This document shows, piece by piece, positions 14,866 through 28,141 of a stretch of 64,000 nucleotides of DNA. The DNA lies in contig OZ024743.1 in assembly GCA_964016885.1 (NCBI GenBank), forward strand, positions 279,868,001 through 279,932,000. The letters are read 5' to 3'. Position numbers and translations under genes: made by a program. Within the stretch, counting starts at the first letter, position 1. The number at the start of each line of letters is the position of its first letter. The notes beneath the pieces were generated by a model, which made no database searches, was not told the origin of the DNA, and worked only from the letters and a program-made list of their open reading frames with translations. The stretch comes from Eledone cirrhosa. Lineage: Eukaryota.

Positions 14866-15035
14866 TTCCACCCCGCGCGTCCCTTTAGTCTATCTTATTT
14901 GTCATTCTTCTTCGGATGAAGGACTAGCGCCCGAAACGTTAAGACCCTCTTCGTGCCATTTCAGGCGTTAACCTAATATATTCCTACCATCTACTGTACC
15001 GATTGTGTTGTTAATTTCGTTTACCTTTTACACAT
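14866..15035 (+). mobile_element. PLE 3'-terminal fragment with degenerate minimal HHR
   Basis: CGGATGAAGGACTAGCGCCCGAAACGTTAAGA; similar motif at ~48764-48793; TA-flanked. Confidence 0.55.
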
Positions 15036-15046
15036 ATATATATATA

Positions 15047-15802
15047 GTGAGTTAGAAACTCAGAGTAGTCTCTTACAATTAAATAGCTCTAATAAAAAAG
15101 CTTATCCGAACCGTACAATATAATTGAATAAACAAGAGAGATGAGCACTAATATAAACATACATGTGTTCGAATCGTAAGGACCAAGTTTGATAGGGTGA
15201 AAAAATACTAACTACAGCAATATGGTTTGTCAGACTTAATATTTAAATATTAAATTAAGAAAGATAACAAACCCATATTGGGCAATCGCCTGGTAACAAC
15301 AAGACAGTTTTGGAGACTGTTTCGCAACATCTTATTAAGTAAAGTCCACTCTTTTCTCTGCTCCTCAGTAGTTGTTGAGAAATTAGTGATCCTTCCACTT
15401 CTAAAAATATTATAGACTGAATTGCATGCGATAAGAATTATCACACGTGTCTTCGGAACCCAGCATGTCTCGAATTCCATGCCGCTAAAAATAGCAGCCT
15501 GGCTAACAGGACATTACAATTAGCTCTACATGATGGAGCCAACAAATATATAGTGAGTTAGAAACTCAGAGTAGTCTCTTACAATTAAATAGCTCTAAGA
15601 AAAAATCTTTTCCGAGCCGTACAATATAATTGAATAAACAAGAGAGATGATCACTAATATAAACATACATGTGTTCGAATCGTAAGGACCAAGTTTGCTA
15701 GGATGAAAAAAAAAATTCAGTCTATAATATTTTTAGAAGTGGAAGGATCACTAATTTCTCAACAACTACTGAGGAGCAGAGAAAAGAGTGGACTTTACTT
15801 AA

Positions 15803-15804
<2 letters not shown>
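15047..15804 (-). mobile_element. Family A retrozyme-like element: 1.3 monomers (506-nt period) plus inverted segment
   Basis: 15047-15205 repeated at 15553-15712; 15715-15804 is the reverse complement of 15333-15422; TA at both ends. Confidence 0.9.
15295..15376 (-). ncRNA. Type I hammerhead ribozyme with canonical core (family A)
   Basis: AACAACTA-CTGAGGA-GCA...TGC-GAAA; stem III ACAGT/ACTGT; GUC triplet; then TTGTTGTT. Confidence 0.85.
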
Positions 15805-15838
<34 letters not shown>

Positions 15839-15839
<1 letters not shown>

Positions 15840-16532
15840 TGAAAAGGAAAAGAAAATGTGGGGCTGAGAATGAATGAGATTAAGACGAAATATCTGGTAG
15901 AGAACATTAAGAAGCCAGAGAAGATTACTAATGTAGGCGGGAAGCCGCTAGTATTGGTTGAGCACTTCCTGTATTCGCAAGCAAAGATTGGGAATACAGA
16001 AGATGATGTGGTCGAGAGGAACAGCAAAGCGTTGGCGGCGTGCCACAGTTTGAGATCGGTGTGGAAGTCAGACCTTCGTAAAGACCTGAAGATCCGTTTC
16101 TTCGTTGCTGTAGTGGAGTCTGTGCTGCTGTCCGGGTCTGAGACTTAGACACTGACCAAGAAACTCACTCAGATGGTGATTGGGTGCTACACGAGAATGC
16201 TGAGGATGGTTCTAAACAATAATCAGTAGGCACTGAAGATGAAGAACTCAGAGCTGTACGGGAGCTTCCCAAAATTCAGCCCGAAAGTAGTACAGAGGAG
16301 ACTGAGGATAGCTGGACATGCTCACCGACATTCAGGGTTGACACTGCACTCATTGTTCCTGTGGGAGCCCCTGCATGGACACACTGGAAGAGGGAGACCG
16401 CGGTTGACGTATGTTGATGCCCTAAGGACAGACACTGGTCTCCCGGAGACGCAGGACATGGCAGCGATGATGAGGGACAGAGACCGCTGGAGAGAACGCG
16501 TCCATGGATCTGGGGAATTTTACCCGCCCTAG
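15839..16532 (+). mobile_element. 5'-truncated RTE/RTE-X LINE 3' region (stop codons present)
   Basis: GLRMNEIKTK, VESVLLSGSET*TLTK, RRLRIAGH, GRGRPRLTYVD, DRDRWR motifs; flanked by TA. Confidence 0.85.
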
Positions 16533-16597
16533 ATATATATACATATATATGCGCGCGTGTGTAATCCTGTATATGACATAATCGTTTACTCTTTGTT

Positions 16598-16698
<101 letters not shown>

Positions 16699-16926
16699 TG
16701 TGTGTATGTATGCGTGTGTGTGTGTATGTGTGTGTGTGTGTGAAAAGAGTGAGAGGGAAATAGAGAGATAGAGAGACAAAGATGTGAGTGTGTCTGTTTG
16801 TGTGTATGTACATACGAATTAATGCTAACACATCGTCATAGCACTGACAAGCTGCTGAGTTGTTGCGCATTCAGTGATTAAACATCTCGTTTCAAAGAAA
16901 TAACATTGCACTGCCTAGGTTCTTCT

Positions 16927-17052
16927 GTGTATGTATGTATATATGTATTTATGTATGTATGTATGTATGTGTGGATGGATGGATATATGTATGTGTATGT
17001 GTATATGTATGTATATGTGTATGTATGTATGTGTATGTACCTACACACAAAC

Positions 17053-17086
<34 letters not shown>

Positions 17087-17539
17087 CTTCGTTACTGTAT
17101 GAGTATATATGTGTTTGATTGTGTGTGTATGTGGTGTACGTGTGGGTGTATGTGTGTGCGTGTGTCTGTATGTGTGTGTGAGCATGTGTCTCTACGTGTA
17201 TATGCGTGTGTGTGTGTCTGTGTGTGTGTGTGTGTGTGTTTCTGTATGTGTGTGTGAGCATGTGTGTCTATGTGTATAGGTGTGTGTGTATGTGTCTGTG
17301 TGTGTGTGTCTGTCTGTATGTGTGTGTGAACGTGTGTTTGTGTGTGTGTGTGTCTGTATGTGTGTGTGTATGTGTGTGTGTCTGTCTGTATGTGTGTGTG
17401 AACGTATGTTTGTGTGTGTGTGTGTGTCTGTATGTGTGTGTGAACGTGTGTATGTGTGTGTGTGTGTGTGTCTGTCTGTATGTGTGTGTGAACGTCTGTT
17501 TGTGTGTGTGTGTGTATGCATGTGTGTCTGAACGTGTGT

Positions 17540-17605
<66 letters not shown>

Positions 17606-17650
17606 GTGTGTGAACGTGTATCTGTGTTTGTGTGTGTATGTACATATATA
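16927..17650. repeat. Compound (TG)n/(TATG)n/(TCTG)n satellite
   Basis: Direct inspection. Confidence 0.9.
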
Positions 17651-18319
17651 TCACTATCAGAAATATCCACCTGAGACAAACGACAACTGCTGAAAGTGTT
17701 GAAGATTGTATATTGTACTTCAGAATCTATTATCAAAACAAAACGCTCGAAAGAAAGACAGAAGAAGAAAAACAACTATCTTTGGCGATCATTGATTAGA
17801 CGAGTGCCATCAATTCTTGGGACTTTGTCAACGTCACAATTTCTCTGGGGAAATTTCAAACGTTTCACAGCTAAAACCTCTTTGCCATTCTGTATTTTAT
17901 GATATCCTTCTTACTATCTTTTCCTAAAACTGTACCTATTATTGTTGTTGTTGGTGTCGAAATTATTTTTCATATTCTTAGTCTTTTGCTGCTACCCTCT
18001 CCCTAACTCTTTCTTCTTTTCTTTCTTCATTTTGTTTTCTTATTCTTTCCTCAATTTTATTCTTCTCATTGATTTAAGTTTCATTATTGTTGCTGTTGTT
18101 TTTTTGTTCAGCAGTAAAATTTGTAATCCTCAGTGCTGTTCTTATTATGTTTATTATAAACATCGTCAACATGGAGCCAACAAGAGAAGCGTCTACGTAA
18201 CCACTTGTACTGATAGAAATAGTAGCACATTTTCGATCATAATACTCTCTATCGTCTTGCAAAACCGAAAAGAAAGAACGCCATGGACAAATAAACATGA
18301 TTGAGAGAGAGAAAGAAAG

Positions 18320-18480
18320 GAAAATTCTATCTCAGTATTGAATTTGTACTTTAATTATCGACCTCGACATTATGAAAGGCAACGGTAACTATTGCGGGAT
18401 TTGAATTTAGACCAAAGTGAGCTGGCACAAATACCGAGGTATTTTTAATCCAACGTCCTAACATTTCTGCCAGTTTGTTT
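18320..18480 (-). mobile_element. tRNA-derived SINE (octopus-type), diverged
   Basis: GTACTTTAATTATCGACC...ATGAAAGGCAA...GGGATTTGAA matches the reverse complement of 43113-43300. Confidence 0.6.
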
Positions 18481-19146
18481 CCCTCCTAATGATTACAATC
18501 AATACAGTAAATTATAGATCATGTCGGTTGTATGGATGATTTATAACTTAACATGAGACAACACGTAATTTTAGATTCTATTATGAGCCTACTTGAATTC
18601 GGTTGTGAAAATTGGTATTAGATTAGAGATGAAATGTGTCAAATCTACTACAGTTGGGGGCAAATTAATCATAACTTAAAATATTAATGTAAATGAATAC
18701 ATTGAAGGCACATAATTATCGCAGAACAAGGAATATAAATAATTAGGTCAATTATAAAAGACAACATAAAACATACGGGAGAAAACTTGAGCATACTTAT
18801 TTGAGAATCAAACTAACATTTGGAAAGGAAATCAATACCATAGACAAGATTTTACGAAGAACTACATTAACAATCTCAGTCATAAAACACAACTTCGATG
18901 GAATGGACTTCCATTGGTTCGGACGATGAGCGTTCCGCTTGTTTGATCAAGGGAACAGCCTGCTCATAGAGATAACAGATATGTGGGTGAGTATTGCACA
19001 TATAACATCGATATAATAAATTGGGGATGCGCGAGATGAAAGTTTTCAATACATTCAATTCAACCAACTTAAAGTTGATTTACATAGAAATATGAAATAT
19101 ACCAGTCGTGTGAATATCGTTCACATGGAGTGTGCGTCTTTCCCTG

Positions 19147-19198
<52 letters not shown>

Positions 19199-19725
19199 CA
19201 ATGGAATCTACCTTTCGTGTTAGGGTCTATACCGTAGTTAGAACTGAATGTAATCCGATAGCAAGTAGTTCAGTGAGATTCAGAGATTGGTTCCGTGTTT
19301 CGCTGCGTCAATCCTTCAGATACAGAATGTAATATGTTAGATATTAGTTTAACAATGATGATAATAATAACAAAGGCAACGTATTTTACATATTTTTCTC
19401 ATTGTTTCACAATCGTTTCGGAGGGTTGATCATATTGATATATTGACTAATCTATAGCAGTTAGAGAACTGTATACTATTAAATATAATATATAAATTCG
19501 ATCATACCATCTTCTTCGGAGTGTCCGTACTGCAGTATGAGCTGAAAATCCGCTAAGGTGAAACCATTATTCTCGGTATGGTGAACTAACTGTTGTGTTA
19601 CCACTTCTACCTAACTCGTCTCAGTGATAATATCTGTAGTGCGCTACCACTACAGATATTATCTTCCACTGTTCTATCTCTCTATCTCTCTCTCTCTCTC
19701 TCTCTCGCTCTCTCTCTCTCTCTCC

Positions 19726-19792
<67 letters not shown>

Positions 19793-20074
19793 TACATTTA
19801 GCGAGAATCGCATTTCGGCGAGGAGAAATTAGGGAAACTCAAATTCTGAATTGTGTTGGCGAGCGCTCAATGGATATGAGTATACCAGAGCTTTAAACAT
19901 AAGTTAGAAAGACCATACAAAGCTGAGACGATGGTTAAGAAGCCATTAACTACCTAAGCCAAAAAAGCGAGCAAGCTAAGCGGGTGAAACAAAATAAGAT
20001 ATGATTGAAATATTTACCCGGACCATCGGGTATGATGGTATAATCCGATAGAGGGTTTCTGCGACACCTAAATC

Positions 20075-20267
20075 AATAATTGTTTCTACTATTGGCACAA
20101 GGCCAGCAAATACCCAGTATATTACTGGTACTTTATGTTATCGACGCTGTAAGGATGAAAGGCAAAGTTAACCTCGGCGGGATTTGAACTCAGAATGGCA
20201 AGGGCCGTAACTCTATGCGTCAAAGCATGGCGTCCGCCCCTCTACCGATACTGCCAATTCACCGCCC
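20075..20267 (-). mobile_element. tRNA-derived SINE (octopus-type)
   Basis: B-box GAGTTCAAATCCC, core GCCGAGGTTAACTTTGCCTTTCATCC and tail AGTAGAAACAATTATTA on the minus strand. Confidence 0.8.
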
Positions 20268-20291
20268 ACACCTAATAATACTGTCTGCTTA

Positions 20292-20341
<50 letters not shown>

Positions 20342-20348
<7 letters not shown>

Positions 20349-20454
20349 GTAGATATACTAATTCTTTATGTTATATATATATATATATATAACATAAAGA
20401 ATTAGTATATCTACCAACATATATATATATAACATAAAGAATTAGTATATCTAC

Positions 20455-20490
<36 letters not shown>

Positions 20491-21305
20491 CTCTTTATGT
20501 TATATATATATATATATAACATAAAGAATTAGTATATCTACCAACATATATATACAGATGCATACCTATGCTAGCAAATATATAGGTTTTGTCTTAGTAA
20601 CTTTGGGATTCAATGCAAGGGGATGCAGAACAATTATATGAGAGACGTAAAATAAGAAAATTATAAAAATTAACTTACTTACTAAAATTTCACTCCAACT
20701 AATTAGTTTCTGAAAGGGAATAAACATAGTTTCCGAATGGAACAACATGGAGAAAATCCTTTCGTCATCAGGAGTCTATTCTCAGCTAAGTTCCCAGGCA
20801 ATGCGTGGACACAGGGAAGTTATACAAAAATAATTCAGTGGATAGAAAAAAGCAAGCGAGGACTAAATTCCAGGACATTGAAAAAATCACTGCCTACTTG
20901 GTCGGTGGCAAATTCAAAAGAATCAATCACGTGACATTGAGGTTAATCAGTGAGGAGTGGGGTGCTAATAAGACAGTAGCATGACTATTACTATGAACCA
21001 TAGTAGTAGTTTTGGCAAATTTTTGCTCAACAAAATAATTTGGAGTTAATTATAAAGAATTAGTATATCTACCAACATATATATACAGATGCATACCTAT
21101 GCTAGCAAACATATAGGTTTTGTCTTAGTAACTTTGTGGTTCAATTCAAATGGGATGCAGTAAAATTATATGAAAGACGTAAAATAAGAAAATTATAAAA
21201 ATTAACTTACATTCGGAAACCATGTTTATTCCCTTTCAGAAACTAATTAGTTGGAGTGAAATTTTAGTAAGTAAGTTAATTTTTATAATCTTCTTATTTT
21301 ACGTC

Positions 21306-21310
<5 letters not shown>
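20342..21310 (-). mobile_element. Family E retrozyme-like element: 1.3 monomers (531-nt period), inverted segment and terminal stutters
   Basis: 20521-20680 repeated at 21052-21210; 21211-21310 inverted, ending ACGTCTTTCA|(TA)n. Confidence 0.85.
20718..20781 (-). ncRNA. Minimal type I hammerhead ribozyme (family E)
   Basis: GAATA gactc CTGATGA CGAA...TTCG GAAA CTATG TT TATTC. Confidence 0.65.
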
Positions 21311-21342
<32 letters not shown>

Positions 21343-21562
21343 TACATATATATATATATACACATACATATACAAACCTATGGTTTTTCATCTTCAATAT
21401 TCTTAATGTTCACAAATCCATGAACATTGCTTCATAGAAACTGGAGGACCTGAAAAGTTGAAAAGATACATTATGATCCTAATAAGCATAGTCACACTAC
21501 ATATGACTATGGCTACTCCTGTATTTACCAACAAATGTTGTTCCTGTATATATGAATATGTA

Positions 21563-21657
<95 letters not shown>

Positions 21658-21668
21658 ATATATATATA

Positions 21669-21717
21669 GTAATAATAATAAATTTGAAGAGTAAATTCCA
21701 AAGATGGCTCGATAAGG

Positions 21718-21725
<8 letters not shown>
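21669..21725 (-). mobile_element. Family B 3'-terminal fragment
   Basis: Matches 1756-1815; inside (TA)n. Confidence 0.7.
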
Positions 21726-21774
<49 letters not shown>

Positions 21775-21779
21775 TTCGG

Positions 21780-21860
<81 letters not shown>

Positions 21861-21900
21861 TGTAATAGTGAAGTAGTGGTTTATGATGTATATGTGTGTG

Positions 21901-22027
<127 letters not shown>

Positions 22028-22153
22028 ACACACACATATACATCATAAACCACTACTTAACTACTACATTTTCTGTGTATTATGGAACATGCATTTCCAC
22101 ATATATATCTCAATGTCTAACAAGATATCCATATATTTATCTCTCTTCCTGTT

Positions 22154-22198
<45 letters not shown>

Positions 22199-22231
22199 TT
22201 GTGTGTGTATATGTATATATGTATAGATGTG

Positions 22232-22315
<84 letters not shown>

Positions 22316-22646
22316 TTTTATATATATATATATGCATTTGATGGATGCGTGTGTGAAAGTGAGGAGACACGATAAGAAGAGTTTGATTGTTTTTATGTAC
22401 TTACCAGTATTATTTTTTTATATGATATACTATAGTCCTTAACTATATGGGGATTTTTTTTTCTAAACCTCGACCGAAACGCTCTCAGTCAGTGTCATAT
22501 AAAAATATGTATAATTATATGTGTATATGTGTTTGTGTGTGTTTGTAAGTTTATTGTTTCTCTTCTTATATGATTGCAGTTTGTAAAAAATTCTTTCTCA
22601 AAGAATATATTAATTTATTTATTTATGTCTATATGTGTGTATGAAG

Positions 22647-22723
<77 letters not shown>

Positions 22724-22842
22724 TATATACATACAAATATATATAAATGTTCGGGTCTTATTTTCAGAGTGGATAATTTTTTAGCAAAACCTATCATATG
22801 TTGTTTCTCATGTTATTTTTGTACATATATGTATCAGTTTTG

Positions 22843-22902
<60 letters not shown>

Positions 22903-23238
22903 GTTTTTTTTTTTATTGTTATAGTTTTCGGCTCTAGTGAGGATTGGTTTTCTTACACTTATTTAAAGTTATTTGTGTTGTTGTTGTTGTCGTCGTTGTT
23001 GAACTTGTGTTTTCACTTCTTTCTCGCAATTTTGCAACTTCTTTGGGTACGACCATTCATTTTCAGTTATATTATCGCTCTACGTATGGCAATAATCACT
23101 GTTTTTAAAAACACCTTTATATATATTTTTTTAAGCCTAACTTTGTATACAAATATCTCAATACAACGATATATTTAGTTCTCTGTGTATAGAATTACCT
23201 GGAAACGGATACATCTATCCCATTTGAATACCATTTTA

Positions 23239-23305
<67 letters not shown>

Positions 23306-23830
23306 AGAGAGAGAAAGGTAGAGAGGAGGGGGGGGGCGGAGAAAGAAAGAGTGAGAGAAAGATGAAAGATGTATATGTATATATTGATGGATAGATAGGT
23401 ACATAGATAGATACATAGATATGGTAGTGCTTATATTTGAAGTGATATCTATCTATATATATATACATACACACACATACATATATACATATATACATAC
23501 ATGAAAATATATATATATATAAATACATGATACACACACATATAAATGTTATATATATATGTGTTATATATATATATATATATGTGTGTATCATTTATAT
23601 ATATATATATGTATGTGTGTGTATGCACGTGTGTGTGTATGAGCGTCTGTGTGTGTGTGTGCGTGTGTGTGTGTGCGTGTGTGTGGGGATTTCAAATGTA
23701 TACATTTCAATGTAAATAACTATAACAGTAATCACCAATTATAAATAATAGTTGAGAAAATTTGGTAACATATCCCTGGGGACGGAAACACTTTCACAGT
23801 GGATGTATGCTATGAATATGTATGTGTGTG

Positions 23831-23924
<94 letters not shown>

Positions 23925-24227
23925 CAGTGTGTTTTAAAATATATCAAATTTGATCGCTCTTACATTATAGAGACATGGTCAATATTGGGCCTTGAAATTT
24001 TAGGTACCGCCATGTTCGTAGTATTAGCATATATAAATATACTATATATATACTTTATATACATTATATATATATATATATATATAACACAAAGAGGTGT
24101 AAGATACCAGAGTACTGAATACTTAGGGTAGTAGAGTGGGTACTAGGAAAAGAGTTGCGCTCCGGCGGTTCCGATAGCTATATCCGAACTAAGCCACTGG
24201 TGGGGGTCGGGATCCTATATATAGATA

Positions 24228-24447
24228 TACTCAGCTGCAGAAATATGTTGCGATGTCACAGCCAAGCAGTATATGCCTTAGCCTTTTCCTTGGTTGGACA
24301 ACATCGGTAGTATAGGATGGGAGACTCGTATATATGGGTAACTGTTAACTTTCCACAAATAACCTTGGCCGGACTTGTGACTCGGAGACGAACTTTCTAG
24401 GAGCAAATCCCATGGTCACTCCTGACGAAAGGGCTTTGTTTTTACCC
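24228..24447 (+). mobile_element. Second SINE family (cephalopod-type), partial
   Basis: Reverse-complement homolog at 43350-43598. Confidence 0.65.
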
Positions 24448-25394
24448 TTTTACACTATTAGGTGGACGAGAACACAGCCAAATGATACAATAAAATGAAG
24501 ACAATGTTAGTTTAGACCTTGATATTGAGGAAAAAGCTTTGTAACTTTTTTTATTTGTTTGTTTATTTGCTTTTATTTTTTATTATTTTTATTTCGGCAC
24601 ATTTCGAATATAATCTTCCTAATCTAAGTAAAACATCTAAATATCTTATATTTAAAGACATCGCGTCCCCTTTATTCTAATTATTGTGCACTATTTATCA
24701 ACATTCAATAATTAAAGCCGTTTTAACTGACTATCTTCATTATAAGACAAAACAAAATAGGTACTACGACATCGCACCACCTGTGACTGCAATTAATTCT
24801 TCGTGAATTCTTCTTCTATTATAAGAAATCCCATTCAGTGGAGAAGGTGACATACTCTGTGTTCGATTTCGGAAACAGATCATTTTCTTGGGGAAACGAA
24901 AGTTAAGAAATAAACACAGAAGAATTGAAACTGAGGAGATACAAATTTAAGAATGAAACTTTCATATGTGATAGATTCTTTCAGATAGAAAATACGGAGA
25001 TAATATTTAGAAAGAGAGATAAAAACGACGGAAGAAAGCAGTTTAGACAGGAATAAATACAAAGTTTATAAAACAATAAATTATTTAAAGAATATATGAA
25101 TGAATGAAAGAAAGAAAGAAGGAATGAAGAAAGACGGAATGAAGGAATGAAGGACTGAAGGAATGAAGGAAGGAATGAAAGATTGAATATATGAATGAAA
25201 GTAGAAAGAATAAATGAATGAATGAATTAAAGAAAGAAGGAATGAAGGAATGAAGGAATGATAGAATATATGAATGAAAGTAGAAAGAATAAATGAATGA
25301 ATGGAAGAAAGGAAAAAAGGAAGAAGAAACGAATGAATTTAAGTGTGACTGAAACGAATATCGCTTTTTTCTTCGTCGGATGAAAATCCATTGC

Positions 25395-26008
25395 CGTATC
25401 TGTTGTGACATTCTCAGTTCAAATTCCAGCAAAGTCAACTTTATTTTTCACCTCTCGGGGTCGAAAAAAATAAAGTACCAGTCAGAAAATGTTACCCAAT
25501 TTAATCGACTTTCCCGCGCTCTCCAAGCTGTTGACCATGTGGCTAAATCGGAAACTATTATTATTATTATTATTGCTAGGGTGGTGGATTGGCAGCATCG
25601 GTAGAGAGTCAGACACCTTGTTTCATGGCATAGAGTTACGGCCCTTTACGTTCTTACTTCAAATCATACCGAGGTTAGCTTTGCCTATCATCGTTACGGG
25701 GTCGATAAATTAAGTACCAGTAACGTACTGGTATCGATTCAATCGACTTTCCTCACCCCTTCAAAATGCTGGCCTTGTGCCTAAAGTAGAAAACAATTAT
25801 TATTATTGCTAGCGCAGTGGATTGGCAATATCAGTTGAGCGTCAGACACCATACTTTCCAGCATAGAGTTATGGCCCTTTGCGTTCGGAGTTCAAATCGC
25901 GCCGAGGTTAACTTTGCCTTTCATCCTTAAGGGGTCAATAAAATAAAGTACCAGCAATGCGCTAGGATAATTTCTGGCCTTGATCCAAAAAGTAGAAACA
26001 ATTATTAT
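25395..26008 (+). mobile_element. Three head-to-tail tRNA-derived SINE copies
   Basis: Core repeated at ~25395-25570, 25578-25805 and 25810-26008, each ending in an (ATT)n tail. Confidence 0.8.
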
Positions 26009-26399
26009 TGCTGTGGCTGTTGTTTATTTTATTACTATCTATTATTAGCATCAGCAGTGTTGTTATATGCATGGTGTCATGTCAGTTTAGTGCTATATAT
26101 TTCCTTCAGTACATGCACTGACGTAGTTCCTGGTGTTTGTACTAAATCTGGGGAGTTTATTACTTGTTTATTACCCGTAAGTTAACTTTCTCTTACATAC
26201 CATTACTACTTTATTTTGTGTTTACACTGTTTCATTGTTCCTATTTATGTGTACGTCTTTTTCATCTCGAAGAAAATGTTACCCAACGTATTCAACTATT
26301 ATTTATAGTTATCTACATTTCTGCATTCCTACAGCCCCACCACCAACCCTAGCTAACATATCTCAATATGTCCAATGTTGGCAGAGCAGTCAATTGCAT

Positions 26400-27070
26400 A
26401 GAACAGAGTCGGGTAACCTGTGCACAGAGAAGAAATGGACCATTCTAAAAATATATATCGAAACAAAAATATTGTCTAAATACGAGAGCAGACTTCTTTA
26501 ATCCCAACCACATATGCCCTTATATCCTAAAACACTGGAAACATCCGGACTAATAATGTCTCACGCAGACGACAGGCAATATTCCTTAACATACTTCACC
26601 TCTCTTTAGGATCACTCAGCTTCTATATACTCTTTAATTTAAAAAAAATCGCTAATTAACATTCAATAAGCCACCTAAGATATTCCCCTCTCTGCGTACT
26701 CCGCTCTCACTCCCCGTTCAGGCTTAACTCTATCTTTTTATGATTTGCCTATATAGTTTCCCAATATTCTTTTTAATAACCTCTATTTTAATTAACCCAT
26801 TACATCTCACTATACATAACACCATAGTTATTTCCTTCCATCCGCTCTCTTACACGAAACAAACTGTCCAAAACAGATTGTCCCTCTTCAAATTCTCTTC
26901 ATTACATACATAAGTATTGCCTCTTTATTTCGAGCTCTCTTATTAAATAGATATACGCGAACAGAACCATTCCAATGTGGCTGGAGTGAAGATTTGACAA
27001 AAGCAACTTGCCTAGGTCAATGAAACACGTGTATCCGGGAGCGTTATTCGTTAGGGCAAAAAATGACTGA
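26400..27070 (+). pseudogene. Penelope-like 3' end: GIY-YIG C-terminal remnant, 3' UTR and HHR
   Basis: NLCTEKKWTILK...KIL resembles PLE C-terminal LCxxEKxxI...LN; minimal HHR at 26981-27038; ends at (TA)n. Confidence 0.55.
26981..27038 (+). ncRNA. Minimal type I HHR with C3G substitution
   Basis: CTGGA-GTGAAGA-T TTGAC...GTCAA T-GAAA-CACGTG-TA-TCCGG. Confidence 0.65.
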
Positions 27071-27085
27071 ATATATATATATATA

Positions 27086-27120
27086 CTAGCTGAGCTACCC
27101 GGTGATTCCCGGGTATTTTA
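27086..27120 (-). mobile_element. Helitron 3' terminus
   Basis: Hairpin TACCCGG/CCGGGTA followed on the minus strand by CTAG|T. Confidence 0.6.
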
Positions 27121-27951
27121 CTAAAGTTACAATATTTGACCATTGAAATATGATTGCTGAATTCTAACTAAAGTAGGATTTATAGCAGAATATTTATTGC
27201 CGTTTGTTCAAAGCAAATCATGTAGATAAAAATATTATTAGTTTTGTCCAGTCGTGATTTTTTTGATATTGCTATTTTTTTTTTTTTTTTTTGCACAATC
27301 AGAACCTTTGAAATTCAAACAAAATGTGAAAGCTATTTTAAAAAGCATAAATAAAATAAAATAAAATATACATTTACCATTGGTTTATGAATGAATGAAG
27401 AATTTACTTACTCATTTCTGTAATGCAGGAAAGTTTATTTCAATGTGTGTAAGTGTGTTAAATATATACATATACACCAGGAATCAAAATCCCACTGTCA
27501 CTGTCTCCATCTCTGCCCATCTCCCCATCACTCACTATTATGAGTAAATGGGGGCCCACGCGCTGGCCGCCAAGCAGTCCCGGCGGTCGGAATAGAGGAT
27601 GGTCAGGGAGACGTGTTGTAAAATCCATTCCGGCCTGCGAGGCTCACCTCTGCGGGTAGCCAATACTGTGTCAACACTGGTGGTGAGTTAGGAGGTAGCC
27701 CTAGAGCCAAGGACGCCAGAAGTCTCCATTGCTATGGGTCTCAACAACAAACCTGTCGGAGGGCGACCGGTATTTGGAGAGCTTACACTCCTTGGCCCAA
27801 AGTGCGGCAGAGCCTGGGTTAATTAAAATGTTTACACTGTAGTTTTCACCAAATTTTATCTCTGTGGCAGTAGGATCTTGTTTGAGGGAAATGTGTTTTC
27901 TATTTCTTTTAGGTACATGTTTGGCTTCCATGACATACACACACACACATG

Positions 27952-28141
<190 letters not shown>

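Noticed and set aside
18876-19067. 63-aa ORF as a possible host exon
   Set aside because: No recognisable homology or clear splice signals.
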